DNA from: an uncultured virus (IMG/VR IMGVR_UViG_3300049433_000291)
Lineage: Duplodnaviria > Heunggongvirae > Uroviricota > Caudoviricetes
Length of the DNA stretch: 64,000 nt
Virus record (IMG/VR): IMGVR_UViG_3300049433_000291
Direction: 5' to 3' (one strand)
Shown: positions 55,218 to 63,778 of the stretch, piece after piece
Numbering within the stretch: the first letter of the stretch is position 1
Layout of the letters: the number at the start of each line of letters is the position of its first letter
Made by a program: the position numbers and the translations under genes
The notes under the pieces: model-generated
Told to the model about the DNA's origin: nothing
Seen by the model: only the letters and a program-made list of their open reading frames with translations
Database searches by the model: none

Positions 55218-57055
55218 GCCAGAACAATACATCAGTTGACGGCTCAACCACCTTCACAAATCCCTTTGTTGTTGAGAGCCCTGAAAAACTTACCACCGCA
55301 CAGATAGTGGATCTATTCGTCACAAAGTTTACGGATATCGAGACCGTAAAGCAGCGCAAACATACGTTCATCTGGGGTTCACGCGGTGCCGGCAAGAGCA
55401 TGATGCTTAGATACCTAGAGCCCCAATGTCAAAGTCTTGTTTCGGGTGGCATCAGCGAGTTTTTTGGACAAGGTAATCCGTTTTTTGCCGTGTATTGTCC
55501 CTGCAAAGAAGGACAACCGAACAAGACAGAGCTTCTCCTGCTTGATAAGTACTCCACACTCATTATTAGTGAACACATGATGAACCTGTCGATTGCCGAC
55601 AGGTTAGTTGACTCATTGCGGATACAGTTCCCGAAAGATTTCTTTGGAAAAGAGGAGTGTACTAGCTTCGTCAACAAAACAGTGAGACTCTTTGATAGGG
55701 CGTCAATCGCGTCTTCGATTGAGCAGGTTAACTCCGTGGTGGACCTCGAAACAAACCCGCTTGATTGGCTTCAAGAACTTTTCATAGCCGAGAATAGAAA
55801 AGTTAGCAATTATTTGACGCGAAACGCCTTGAGCGGCGGTGGCGCGGTCTACGAAGGCGCCACCAGCGGTTACCACGACTTCATGCTACCTTTGATGAAG
55901 TTGGCGCAAGGATTCGCCAGTCTAAATTCCGCCTCAATATATGTGCTACTTGATGATGCGGGCAAGTTGACTAAAGAGCAGCAGAGCATCGTCAACACCT
56001 GGATTGCAAATAGAGATCAGTCAGCGATCTGTTTGAAAGTATCAGCGCTCCGCGAAGAATACAAGACCTTCCTAACCCGTGACGGTGGGCTAATTGAGAA
56101 GCCACACGATTACTCCAAGGTTGATGTCGAAGAACTCTACACGCAATCCAAAGAAGATTACGCTCAAAAAGTAAAACTCATTGCAAATCGGCGTCTAGAA
56201 TTATCAGAGGTCCCAACAAAGGACATTGAGCAGTTTCTACCGTCGGATCCGACCGAAGAAGCTCTGTTAGACGACTTCAGGAAGGAGACCGCAGCACAGT
56301 GGGAAATCGAGGGTCAGCCTGGGCGCCAGCGAGACTACGTGACCAGATATGCGACCGCAAGACTATTTCAGCATTTAAGAGCCAGTAGACAGCGCAAGAG
56401 TTATGCGGGCTTCCAGAATATTGTGCATTTGTCCTCCGGCGTTGTGAGAGATTTTTTGGAGCCGTGTTATCTGATGTTCGATGAGTATGTCAGCGGAGAT
56501 CGGGACCCGAGCACAGTTTCAGTCATCCCTCCCGCGTTTCAGAATGAGGTACTGTTCAGATATTCGGAAGAACTGATCTTAGGAAAGTTCGAGGATATTC
56601 GAAAGAACCTACCCCCGGAGAAATGGCCCCAGGTTGATGCGCTAAAAACGCTGTTGGAATCGCTCGGACGACTCTTTTACGAGAGGCTCCATGATCCGGA
56701 AGCGCGAGAGGCGCGGTTGTTCTCTTTTACTGTAAGAGGCCAGGTTACTGCTGACGTGGCAGATGTGCTCGACTTAGGTGTTCGTCATCGCTACTTTCAG
56801 CTTCGCACGTATAGCACGAAGGAAGGCGGCGGTCGGGAGAGCTGGTACATCCTCAACCGGTGGCTGTGCCCAGCTTACAAGCTCGACCCGACCGGCTTTG
56901 AGGGAAGGATCTCTCTTACACCAAGATTCATTCAGTTAGCCACCGAAGATCCCGATAGATTTGTCCGACTAAGACTGAAGCAAATGGACGATGACTCGCC
57001 GGACAAGGATAGACAGCCCACTTTGTTTTCGCTTGAAGAGGAGGCGGTGGGATGA
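55214..57055 (+). CDS. P-loop ATPase (ORC/CDC6-like, STAND-related), copy 1
   Basis: NPF, GSRGAGKS, LLDD, SSGVVRDFL; ATGA overlap with the HD gene. Confidence 0.85.
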   Translation: MSQNNTSVDGSTTFTNPFVVESPEKLTTAQIVDLFVTKFTDIETVKQRKHTFIWGSRGAGKSMMLRYLEPQCQSLVSGGISEFFGQGNPFFAVYCPCKEGQPNKTELLLLDKYSTLIISEHMMNLSIADRLVDSLRIQFPKDFFGKEECTSFVNKTVRLFDRASIASSIEQVNSVVDLETNPLDWLQELFIAENRKVSNYLTRNALSGGGAVYEGATSGYHDFMLPLMKLAQGFASLNSASIYVLLDDAGKLTKEQQSIVNTWIANRDQSAICLKVSALREEYKTFLTRDGGLIEKPHDYSKVDVEELYTQSKEDYAQKVKLIANRRLELSEVPTKDIEQFLPSDPTEEALLDDFRKETAAQWEIEGQPGRQRDYVTRYATARLFQHLRASRQRKSYAGFQNIVHLSSGVVRDFLEPCYLMFDEYVSGDRDPSTVSVIPPAFQNEVLFRYSEELILGKFEDIRKNLPPEKWPQVDALKTLLESLGRLFYERLHDPEAREARLFSFTVRGQVTADVADVLDLGVRHRYFQLRTYSTKEGGGRESWYILNRWLCPAYKLDPTGFEGRISLTPRFIQLATEDPDRFVRLRLKQMDDDSPDKDRQPTLFSLEEEAVG

Positions 57056-58074
57056 GACATTGGTCCGTAGACGAACTGACGAACCACGGCGGTCTTCAGA
57101 CGATACGAGAAGGAAGCGTCCCAGACGACATGTTTCTCGTTTCTGCCAGTTATGAAGCTAGAACCCTTACCGTGGCGCAGTCTCTCGCCGGTGACTATAG
57201 GGCCACACGAGGAGTTATATATGTAAACCAAGAGCTGTTGAGAGATCCTCAGAGCGATAGAGTTAGGCCACACCTTGATGAGCTAGTACATCTTTTGCTC
57301 TCTCACTGTGAGTCAATTGATCAAGCGGAGGGCAGTTGGCTTGATCCGAAGCGCCAACTCTTAGCCCTGCGAAGGGCATTAGTTACGTCCGCATACGAGC
57401 CGATGCAGGATGTTGCTGTGACCGTTGACACCACAACCTTCAATCGAGAATCGCTCTTGACTGCTATGGCCCTACTCCGAAATCATTTTCCCGCTTCGAA
57501 AATAAGGGTAGCCTATACGTCACCTCAAAAGCACGGGGAATGGCTGAGCCAAGGTTACCGAAGTGTGCGAAATGTAATGAGCTTCGCTGGAATTCAGCAA
57601 TCCAGCCGTCCCACACTTCTGGTTGTTTTATCTGGTTTTGAACCTGAGCGGACTTTGAAACTCATAGAGGAGCATGAGCCATCGAAAGTCTTACTCGGAA
57701 TTGGGGATCCTCCGACAAATCAGCAATTCTTGCAAAGGAATCTCGATGAACAAAAGCTAATACTGGCTAGACAGGAGGTTGAGAAGTTCAGTTTTCCAGC
57801 AAGTGACATGCTGCTCTGTCGCGACTCGTTGGAAACTCTTTTGCAAGCGTACTTGAAGAGTCACAACATCGCTTTAGCTCCAATGAGCACCAAACTTTCT
57901 ACGCTTGCTGTCTTCCTGGTCGCCGAGGAGCATCCGGAGATTCAGGTTACTTACTGTGTTCCTGGAGAATACAACACCGATAGCTATTCTTCGGGCGCGG
58001 ACAGCGTATTCGTTGGTGAACTGCCACAACGCTCGGTAGAAGCGAAAGCTTTGGGCGTTCCGGATACTAGTTGA
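57052..58074 (+). CDS. ATPase partner protein, copy 1 (tandem Rossmann/CARF-like fold suspected)
   Basis: ASYEAR, VDTTTF, GFEPER, APMSTKL; ATGA overlap; paralogue of 60826..61803. Confidence 0.7.
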   Translation: MRHWSVDELTNHGGLQTIREGSVPDDMFLVSASYEARTLTVAQSLAGDYRATRGVIYVNQELLRDPQSDRVRPHLDELVHLLLSHCESIDQAEGSWLDPKRQLLALRRALVTSAYEPMQDVAVTVDTTTFNRESLLTAMALLRNHFPASKIRVAYTSPQKHGEWLSQGYRSVRNVMSFAGIQQSSRPTLLVVLSGFEPERTLKLIEEHEPSKVLLGIGDPPTNQQFLQRNLDEQKLILARQEVEKFSFPASDMLLCRDSLETLLQAYLKSHNIALAPMSTKLSTLAVFLVAEEHPEIQVTYCVPGEYNTDSYSSGADSVFVGELPQRSVEAKALGVPDTS

Positions 58075-58151
58075 ATTCAGCGTCTTAACAAGGATTGTAC
58101 GTAGCGTTGTACTTCGACTCGATGAGCGCGAGCTGATAGGAGATCATTTAC

Positions 58152-58186
58152 TAGTCCCTTGGTCTTGGTTCAAACCTGAGGGCCAA
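58152..58186 (+). pseudogene. Degenerate tRNA 3'-half-like remnant
   Basis: TAGTCCCTTGGTCTTGGTTCAAACCTGAGGGCCAA resembles variable loop plus T-arm plus acceptor 3' strand; no D-arm, no CCA. Confidence 0.35.
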
Positions 58187-58351
58187 CGGCGGCGACACAT
58201 CCAAGAGAATTGTTAGCTCCTTCATCAGTAAGTGTCGGTCACGCACTCCATTTCGAGGCCCAATTCAACCTCTCGCAGCATTCAAGACAGTCGGGGGGGG
58301 CAATACACGACTGGGAACGGACCTACTTGCCCGATGAGGAGAAAACCTGGT

Positions 58352-60829
58352 ATGGCAATCCCATTCCTCACCGTTGCGATCGGTTATATGGCGGGTCTCG
58401 GCAAAGGCCTAGCCGTTAACTTGGCAGCAGCAGAGATCTACGCAAGATTCAAGAAAGAGGACTTATTCTCATTGTTGGAGCGCTGCCTTGAGGATGCTAT
58501 GAAAAACCGATCTCATATCCTCGATAGCGCAGCAGTCTTACCAGGAGGATCTGTTCAAGGTGCGTACTTGGATAAAGAAAGGCTCCGGGATTACTTGGCA
58601 AAGAACCAGTCTATCGTCCCATCGCCCTCTGAATCAGGGGCGGAGAACCCGTGGCGAGAATATCTGAAACCCTTTGAGGAAATCATTGTTATTCCCACTT
58701 TCAAAGCCGAAAGCGAACGCCTAAATTCCATACAGGATGTGCTCGATGAAGCTTCGCGACTCTTTACCGCACGAGTTCCTTATCAGCAGCCTGCATTCCA
58801 AGAACTGTTGCTGAAATTCCAGGAGAAACACAGCGACGAACACAAGGAAATCATCAAGAAGATCGATGCATTAAAACCAAGTGGTCCTTCTCTATTAATC
58901 GAAGTCGGGCATGATGAAAACCCAATCGCGGAGATTACAGTGAGCGCATGGGTCAATCCTTTTTCGATCGTCGCGGCTGACGATTTGGAGCTCACCAATC
59001 CAGAACACGTCAGACAGATTAGGAACCTTTTCATTGCCAGATACACTGACCTGCCAACAATCCAAAAACACTACAATACTATCCTCGAAGGCCAGCGCGG
59101 TACTGGGAAGACAATGATCATGAAGTATTTAGCCTTCGAAACTCAAATCCTAGAATGGGTTGAGAAGAAGAAACGGCAAGGTGCCGAATTCTTATCGTCC
59201 CCGGAGAATTTCATAGGTGTCTACTCAAAGCTCGGTCAGGGTGTTTTTGACAAGACTGACTTTGAGGCTATTAGCGACAAGACCAGGCGTGATCGCATCT
59301 TTGAACATCGACTCACGCTACAATTACTGTCTGACGTTCTCGATACGATGAAAGCCGTATACCAGCACTTCCCTCCTAGCACCGAAGACGTAAGAAGAAT
59401 TAAGCAAGCACTGAACTCCCTTTTGAAAACCAACGGGACCATAGATGTATGTCTGACGGCGAGTGATTTGATTAGAGCGGCTCAAGATCATATTTCCTTC
59501 ATTTCAGTCCAAGAGGTAGACGAACACTTGGGTTCGGTGTCACCAGGTGGTGGAACCAGCTCGACAGACTTTAATCCAAGCCTGACACTGTCCGGACAAC
59601 TGATACCCTTTCTTAAGTTGCTTCGACAATCGTGCAGTACAAGCGTGCCATTCTTCCTCATGCTAGATGATTTTGATGTACTCGAGCCATTTCAGCAGGA
59701 GAGAGTTTTCAAAACGGCTTCGTCTAGGCAATTGGGCACAGTCTGTTTCAAGTTCGGTGTCATGATTCATGGCAAAAAGGTTTTGCTATCGGGTGAGGGT
59801 AGAACGTTTCGCAATAGCGATGACTTTAACCGGATTGACCTTGACTGGACCGAGGGAGGGCTCCATGAGAATTACCAGAAATCGCTTATTGATATTGCCC
59901 ATGCTCGTTTGGAAGCTGCCGGTTCAGGTTGGAACGCCCAACTGTCATCGTTGCTCCCAGAATGGCAGCGCGGTAATGAGATATTTCTCGAGGTCAGAAC
60001 AGTAATGGAGTCTGAATGGGAAACGGACGAAAAGCCAACCGACTCCAAGAGTGATTACGTTTCAAAATATGGAAGCGCCAGATTCTTCCAGACGCTTAGA
60101 AAAAGAAAAATCAGGATGCGATATGCAGGCCTCGAATACATTACGATGGTCTCTTCGGGTATCTATCGTCAGTTTTTGGAAATCTGCAAGCTGATTTTTG
60201 ATCGTGCTCACGATGAAGGCTGGATACCAGAAAACGGCGGAGTTCGCGCTGAGATTCAGGATATAGCAGTGCGCGAGTATTCTGAGGAAATGATCCAACA
60301 GTTTTCACGCACATCCGGGGACGCTCAATCTCTGCTTCACGGCAATATTGAGGTCACTTCCTCACATATGACTACACTTATTGATAGCCTTTGTGACGTT
60401 TTCTATTCGCGGCTTCATACTCCGGTTGGTGTACTGGGGAGTGGCGAGCCTGAAATCATTTGCGTGGCAGTGCGTGATGATCTTGGTCGGTGCCCGGAGG
60501 CTGACATCCTATTAAAGATTGCTGTCAGAGAATCAATCCTTCATCGGTTTCAATACGCGCCAAAAACTTCGGGCGGTCCGCCTCTTCCGGCTTTCATGTT
60601 GAATAGAAGATTAGGTCCACGCCGGGACTTAAGCATCAGGCGTATGCAAGGGCGAATTGAGGTTGAAGCTGCTGACATCATTTTAGCGGCGAAAGACCGT
60701 AGAGAGTTTTTTCAGAAGATGCAGGGAAAAAAGGTGAATGCTGACCGAACGAGCATAGACGATACATCGCAGCAGGTTGGCCTTCCGTTAGGAAAAGTAA
60801 TGGGAGAGTCTGAACAGACTGAGCAATGA
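58352..60829 (+). CDS. P-loop ATPase (ORC/CDC6-like), copy 2, with extra ~190-aa N-terminal domain
   Basis: ATG 58352 after GAGGAG; NPF, GQRGTGKT, MLDD, SSGIYRQFL; paralogue of 55214..57055. Confidence 0.85.
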   Translation: MAIPFLTVAIGYMAGLGKGLAVNLAAAEIYARFKKEDLFSLLERCLEDAMKNRSHILDSAAVLPGGSVQGAYLDKERLRDYLAKNQSIVPSPSESGAENPWREYLKPFEEIIVIPTFKAESERLNSIQDVLDEASRLFTARVPYQQPAFQELLLKFQEKHSDEHKEIIKKIDALKPSGPSLLIEVGHDENPIAEITVSAWVNPFSIVAADDLELTNPEHVRQIRNLFIARYTDLPTIQKHYNTILEGQRGTGKTMIMKYLAFETQILEWVEKKKRQGAEFLSSPENFIGVYSKLGQGVFDKTDFEAISDKTRRDRIFEHRLTLQLLSDVLDTMKAVYQHFPPSTEDVRRIKQALNSLLKTNGTIDVCLTASDLIRAAQDHISFISVQEVDEHLGSVSPGGGTSSTDFNPSLTLSGQLIPFLKLLRQSCSTSVPFFLMLDDFDVLEPFQQERVFKTASSRQLGTVCFKFGVMIHGKKVLLSGEGRTFRNSDDFNRIDLDWTEGGLHENYQKSLIDIAHARLEAAGSGWNAQLSSLLPEWQRGNEIFLEVRTVMESEWETDEKPTDSKSDYVSKYGSARFFQTLRKRKIRMRYAGLEYITMVSSGIYRQFLEICKLIFDRAHDEGWIPENGGVRAEIQDIAVREYSEEMIQQFSRTSGDAQSLLHGNIEVTSSHMTTLIDSLCDVFYSRLHTPVGVLGSGEPEIICVAVRDDLGRCPEADILLKIAVRESILHRFQYAPKTSGGPPLPAFMLNRRLGPRRDLSIRRMQGRIEVEAADIILAAKDRREFFQKMQGKKVNADRTSIDDTSQQVGLPLGKVMGESEQTEQ

Positions 60830-61803
60830 TGGAGTCAATAAGCGAAGTGCTTGGTCAAATTGAGCCGACCGCTGGTGATAAGGATTCAGTCCTCATAACG
60901 TGCGCTAGCTTTGAGGAGCGTTCAACTGCGGTGGCGCAACGACTCGCTCAGAATTATGCCGCGGAACATACCTTCATTTTTCGGTCAACCGAATATGGGG
61001 ACTTGGGGGACTCACCTGAATACTTTCAATTTATCGAAAGCAAAATGACTAGCATTAGTAAGAACAAGCCTAGTGTGATCAAATTCTCCATTGATCACTC
61101 GATCCCTTCCATGGCCCAGTTTGAAGGCTCCTACCGGGAACTCAAAGCGACCTCGTTGGTTAGCAACGTCTCAGTGGACGTTACAACATTTCCACGGCAG
61201 GAATTGTTAATGCTGCTGCGCGTTTTGGACAGCCAATCCGATCTTGCCTCCACGCGGCTCTTCTACGGAGAGCCGCTTAGGTATTGCACCGAGGACGCGG
61301 GCGGATGGCTCACTAGAGGAGTCAAATCTGTGCGCCCCGTTCCTGGCTTCGGTGGAGTTCAGCCCCCGAACAAGAAGAAGAATCTGCTGATAATGTTTCT
61401 GGGCCATGAGGATGAGCGAGCTGCAATTACATGGAAGCGACATCAGCCGAGAAAAACTATTGCTATTGTCCCGGATCCGAACTATCGGAAGGAGATGAAC
61501 GGCATAGTTGAAAGAACGCATCAGCCGCTGTTTACGAAACTGAGCACAACGGAATTCTATCCGGCAGTTCCCGCCCGAGGGATAGTGGAGTCCGAGAATG
61601 CGGTGTTGAGGATATGGGAGGAGCATCATGAATCCTACTACATAGTTGTGGCTCCTCTCGGGACTAAGTTACAGACGTTGGGTATCTATAGAGCGGTGCG
61701 GCGAAGACCGGATATTCAGATCACGTATGCGATACCTTCAATCTATAACTACCGGAATTATTCTGTTGGGGTAAACCGCATTTGGGAGATCCATTGGAAC
61801 TAA
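60826..61803 (+). CDS. ATPase partner protein, copy 2 (tandem Rossmann/CARF-like fold suspected)
   Basis: ASFEER, VDVTTF, GHEDER, APLGTKL; ATGA overlap. Confidence 0.7.
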   Translation: MMESISEVLGQIEPTAGDKDSVLITCASFEERSTAVAQRLAQNYAAEHTFIFRSTEYGDLGDSPEYFQFIESKMTSISKNKPSVIKFSIDHSIPSMAQFEGSYRELKATSLVSNVSVDVTTFPRQELLMLLRVLDSQSDLASTRLFYGEPLRYCTEDAGGWLTRGVKSVRPVPGFGGVQPPNKKKNLLIMFLGHEDERAAITWKRHQPRKTIAIVPDPNYRKEMNGIVERTHQPLFTKLSTTEFYPAVPARGIVESENAVLRIWEEHHESYYIVVAPLGTKLQTLGIYRAVRRRPDIQITYAIPSIYNYRNYSVGVNRIWEIHWN

Positions 61804-61879
61804 GAACGACTCTTTTCAACGACTGTTTAGAGTCAACCGTTCTAATCGGATTACGAAAGCTAAACTGTTCGGGACAAGT

Positions 61880-63670
61880 ATGTCGAACGTAACTTATGTC
61901 ACATCCTTACTGTCGCGGCAATATAAGGATCCGTCCCTTAATAACCATCGTGATCCACTAGATGAAATAGTATTTATTCTCCTTTCCGAAAAGACCGACG
62001 AAGCTAAGTACACAACCGCCTTCAGAAATTTGAAGGCTCGCTTTCCTCGCTGGACAGGAGTTCTCAGCGCGCCCGTGCGCGAGATCAAGACGGCGATCGA
62101 GACCGCCGGAATGGGTAACCGACGCGCAAATCTCCTTCGTCGACTATTTAAAGCCATTGTTGAAAGGTTTGGCGCTCTGGATCTTTCAATGCTTGCAGGA
62201 ATGTCTTTGGAAGAAGCTGAGGCCGAACTGATTCAACTGCCAGGGATCGGACGCAAGGCCGCGCGATGTGTATTGCTGTATTGCTTCGATTTTCCTGCCT
62301 TACCTGTTGACGTGCACACTTATAGATTAGCTATTAGGTTAGGCATCCTTTCACGTCGGGTTTCTTATGAACAATCCCACGAAGCGTTGCCGCGCCTCGT
62401 TCCATCTCATTTGCGTCGGCGTTTCCACGTAAATGCAGTAGCTCATGGACGCGCCCGGTGCTTTGCCCGCAAGCCCGACTGTAATGGCTGTCCGCTGGCA
62501 GAACACTGCTCTTATCCGGAGGCGGTTAGACCTTTGCGGATCGTCGCGAGGCCTGAGCCACTTGCCATAGATCTTTTCGCTGGTGGTGGCGGATTAAGCC
62601 TAGGGTTTGAAAAGGCGGGTTTCCGCATCGTGCAATCGGTCGAGAGTAATTCAAGAGCCGCAGCTACATATGCACACAATAATCCTGACGTGGATCTTAT
62701 TGAAAGAGATATAAGGCAGATCAATCCGCGCACCTGTTTAGCACGCCTCGGACTTAGGCCTGGCGACCTGACTGCCTTAATCGGGGGGATTCCTTGTCAG
62801 GGATTTTCAGAATCAAACCGCCGCACGCGGAATTCAGCCAACCCTAATAACCATCTTTATAAGCGATTTATTCGGTTCTTGGATGTGCTTCGGCCAGCAT
62901 GGTTCGTGATAGAGAATGTCGCCGGCCTGCGAACGATGGAGCGCGGCTTGATTCTGCAGCGAATTATTCGCGAATGCAAAGCACTTGGCTATGAGGTTAA
63001 TTGGCGGGAACTCAATGCCGCCGATTTTGGAGTCCCTCAGGTTCGTCGCCGCATATTTATCATTGGAAATCGGTTTGGCTTGCCGATTCCGTTTCCGGAG
63101 GCGACGCATGGTCCAGGATGTCAACTGCGAGTAACGGTGCGTAAGGCGCTTGGCGATTTGCCCGTTCTTAAAAATGGTGCTTCCAAAGATTATCGGCCGT
63201 ACGGAAAAACTGGCCGAGGACTGACTAAGTACCAGCGCATGATGCGGGCTTCGAGGAACGGGACCGGCGAAGTTCAGGGGAATCTGGTTACACGAAGCAC
63301 AGACGTAATTATCAAGCGTTATCGGCACATACGGGCTGGGGGGAATTGGGAGGACATACCAACTGAACTGATGATCAATTATGAGGATCCTTCGAGATGT
63401 CACACTGGTATTTATCATCGATTAGAGTGGGACAAACCAGCCAAAGTTATTGGAAATTTTCGAAAGAACATGCTTATACACCCTCAACAGCATCGAGGCT
63501 TGTCGGTAAGAGAGGCCGCACGTCTTCAATCGTTTCCGGACGACTATGAGTTCCTGGACTCGATCGGATTCCAGCAACAACAGGTGGCCGATGCCGTACC
63601 GCCGCTCTTGGCGGAAGCGGTTGCCAAGCACATCATACGAGCTGATCGAACAATGGGCCCCAAACGATGA
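61880..63670 (+). CDS. Fusion of an HhH-GPD endonuclease III-like DNA glycosylase ([4Fe-4S]) and a DNA cytosine-C5 methyltransferase
   Basis: LPGIGRKAA, PVDVH, CFARKPDCNGCPLAEHC; then DLFAGGGG, PCQGFS, ENV, Q.RRR, RLQSFP, DAVPP in one frame. Confidence 0.9.
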   Translation: MSNVTYVTSLLSRQYKDPSLNNHRDPLDEIVFILLSEKTDEAKYTTAFRNLKARFPRWTGVLSAPVREIKTAIETAGMGNRRANLLRRLFKAIVERFGALDLSMLAGMSLEEAEAELIQLPGIGRKAARCVLLYCFDFPALPVDVHTYRLAIRLGILSRRVSYEQSHEALPRLVPSHLRRRFHVNAVAHGRARCFARKPDCNGCPLAEHCSYPEAVRPLRIVARPEPLAIDLFAGGGGLSLGFEKAGFRIVQSVESNSRAAATYAHNNPDVDLIERDIRQINPRTCLARLGLRPGDLTALIGGIPCQGFSESNRRTRNSANPNNHLYKRFIRFLDVLRPAWFVIENVAGLRTMERGLILQRIIRECKALGYEVNWRELNAADFGVPQVRRRIFIIGNRFGLPIPFPEATHGPGCQLRVTVRKALGDLPVLKNGASKDYRPYGKTGRGLTKYQRMMRASRNGTGEVQGNLVTRSTDVIIKRYRHIRAGGNWEDIPTELMINYEDPSRCHTGIYHRLEWDKPAKVIGNFRKNMLIHPQQHRGLSVREAARLQSFPDDYEFLDSIGFQQQQVADAVPPLLAEAVAKHIIRADRTMGPKR

Positions 63671-63778
63671 ATGATTAGCCAAGCTTCAAGAACTTTTCGG
63701 CTTCTGCTTGATTGCGCTCTTCTCTGCGTTTATCTGTTTCGAGTGTTTTGATTCTTCGGTAACGGTGGCTGTGTACAT

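Noticed and set aside
58120..58200. Intact tRNA gene
   Set aside because: No D-arm, no paired acceptor stem, no CCA; kept only as a possible remnant
61880..62520. Firm call as Mig/MutY-type monofunctional mismatch glycosylase
   Set aside because: The HhH retains Lys (GIGRK) as in bifunctional Nth-type enzymes; substrate cannot be assigned from sequence
52400..63700. Classical type II restriction-modification system
   Set aside because: A C5 MTase is present but no PD-(D/E)xK, HNH or GIY-YIG nuclease gene was recognised nearby; a diverged nuclease cannot be fully excluded
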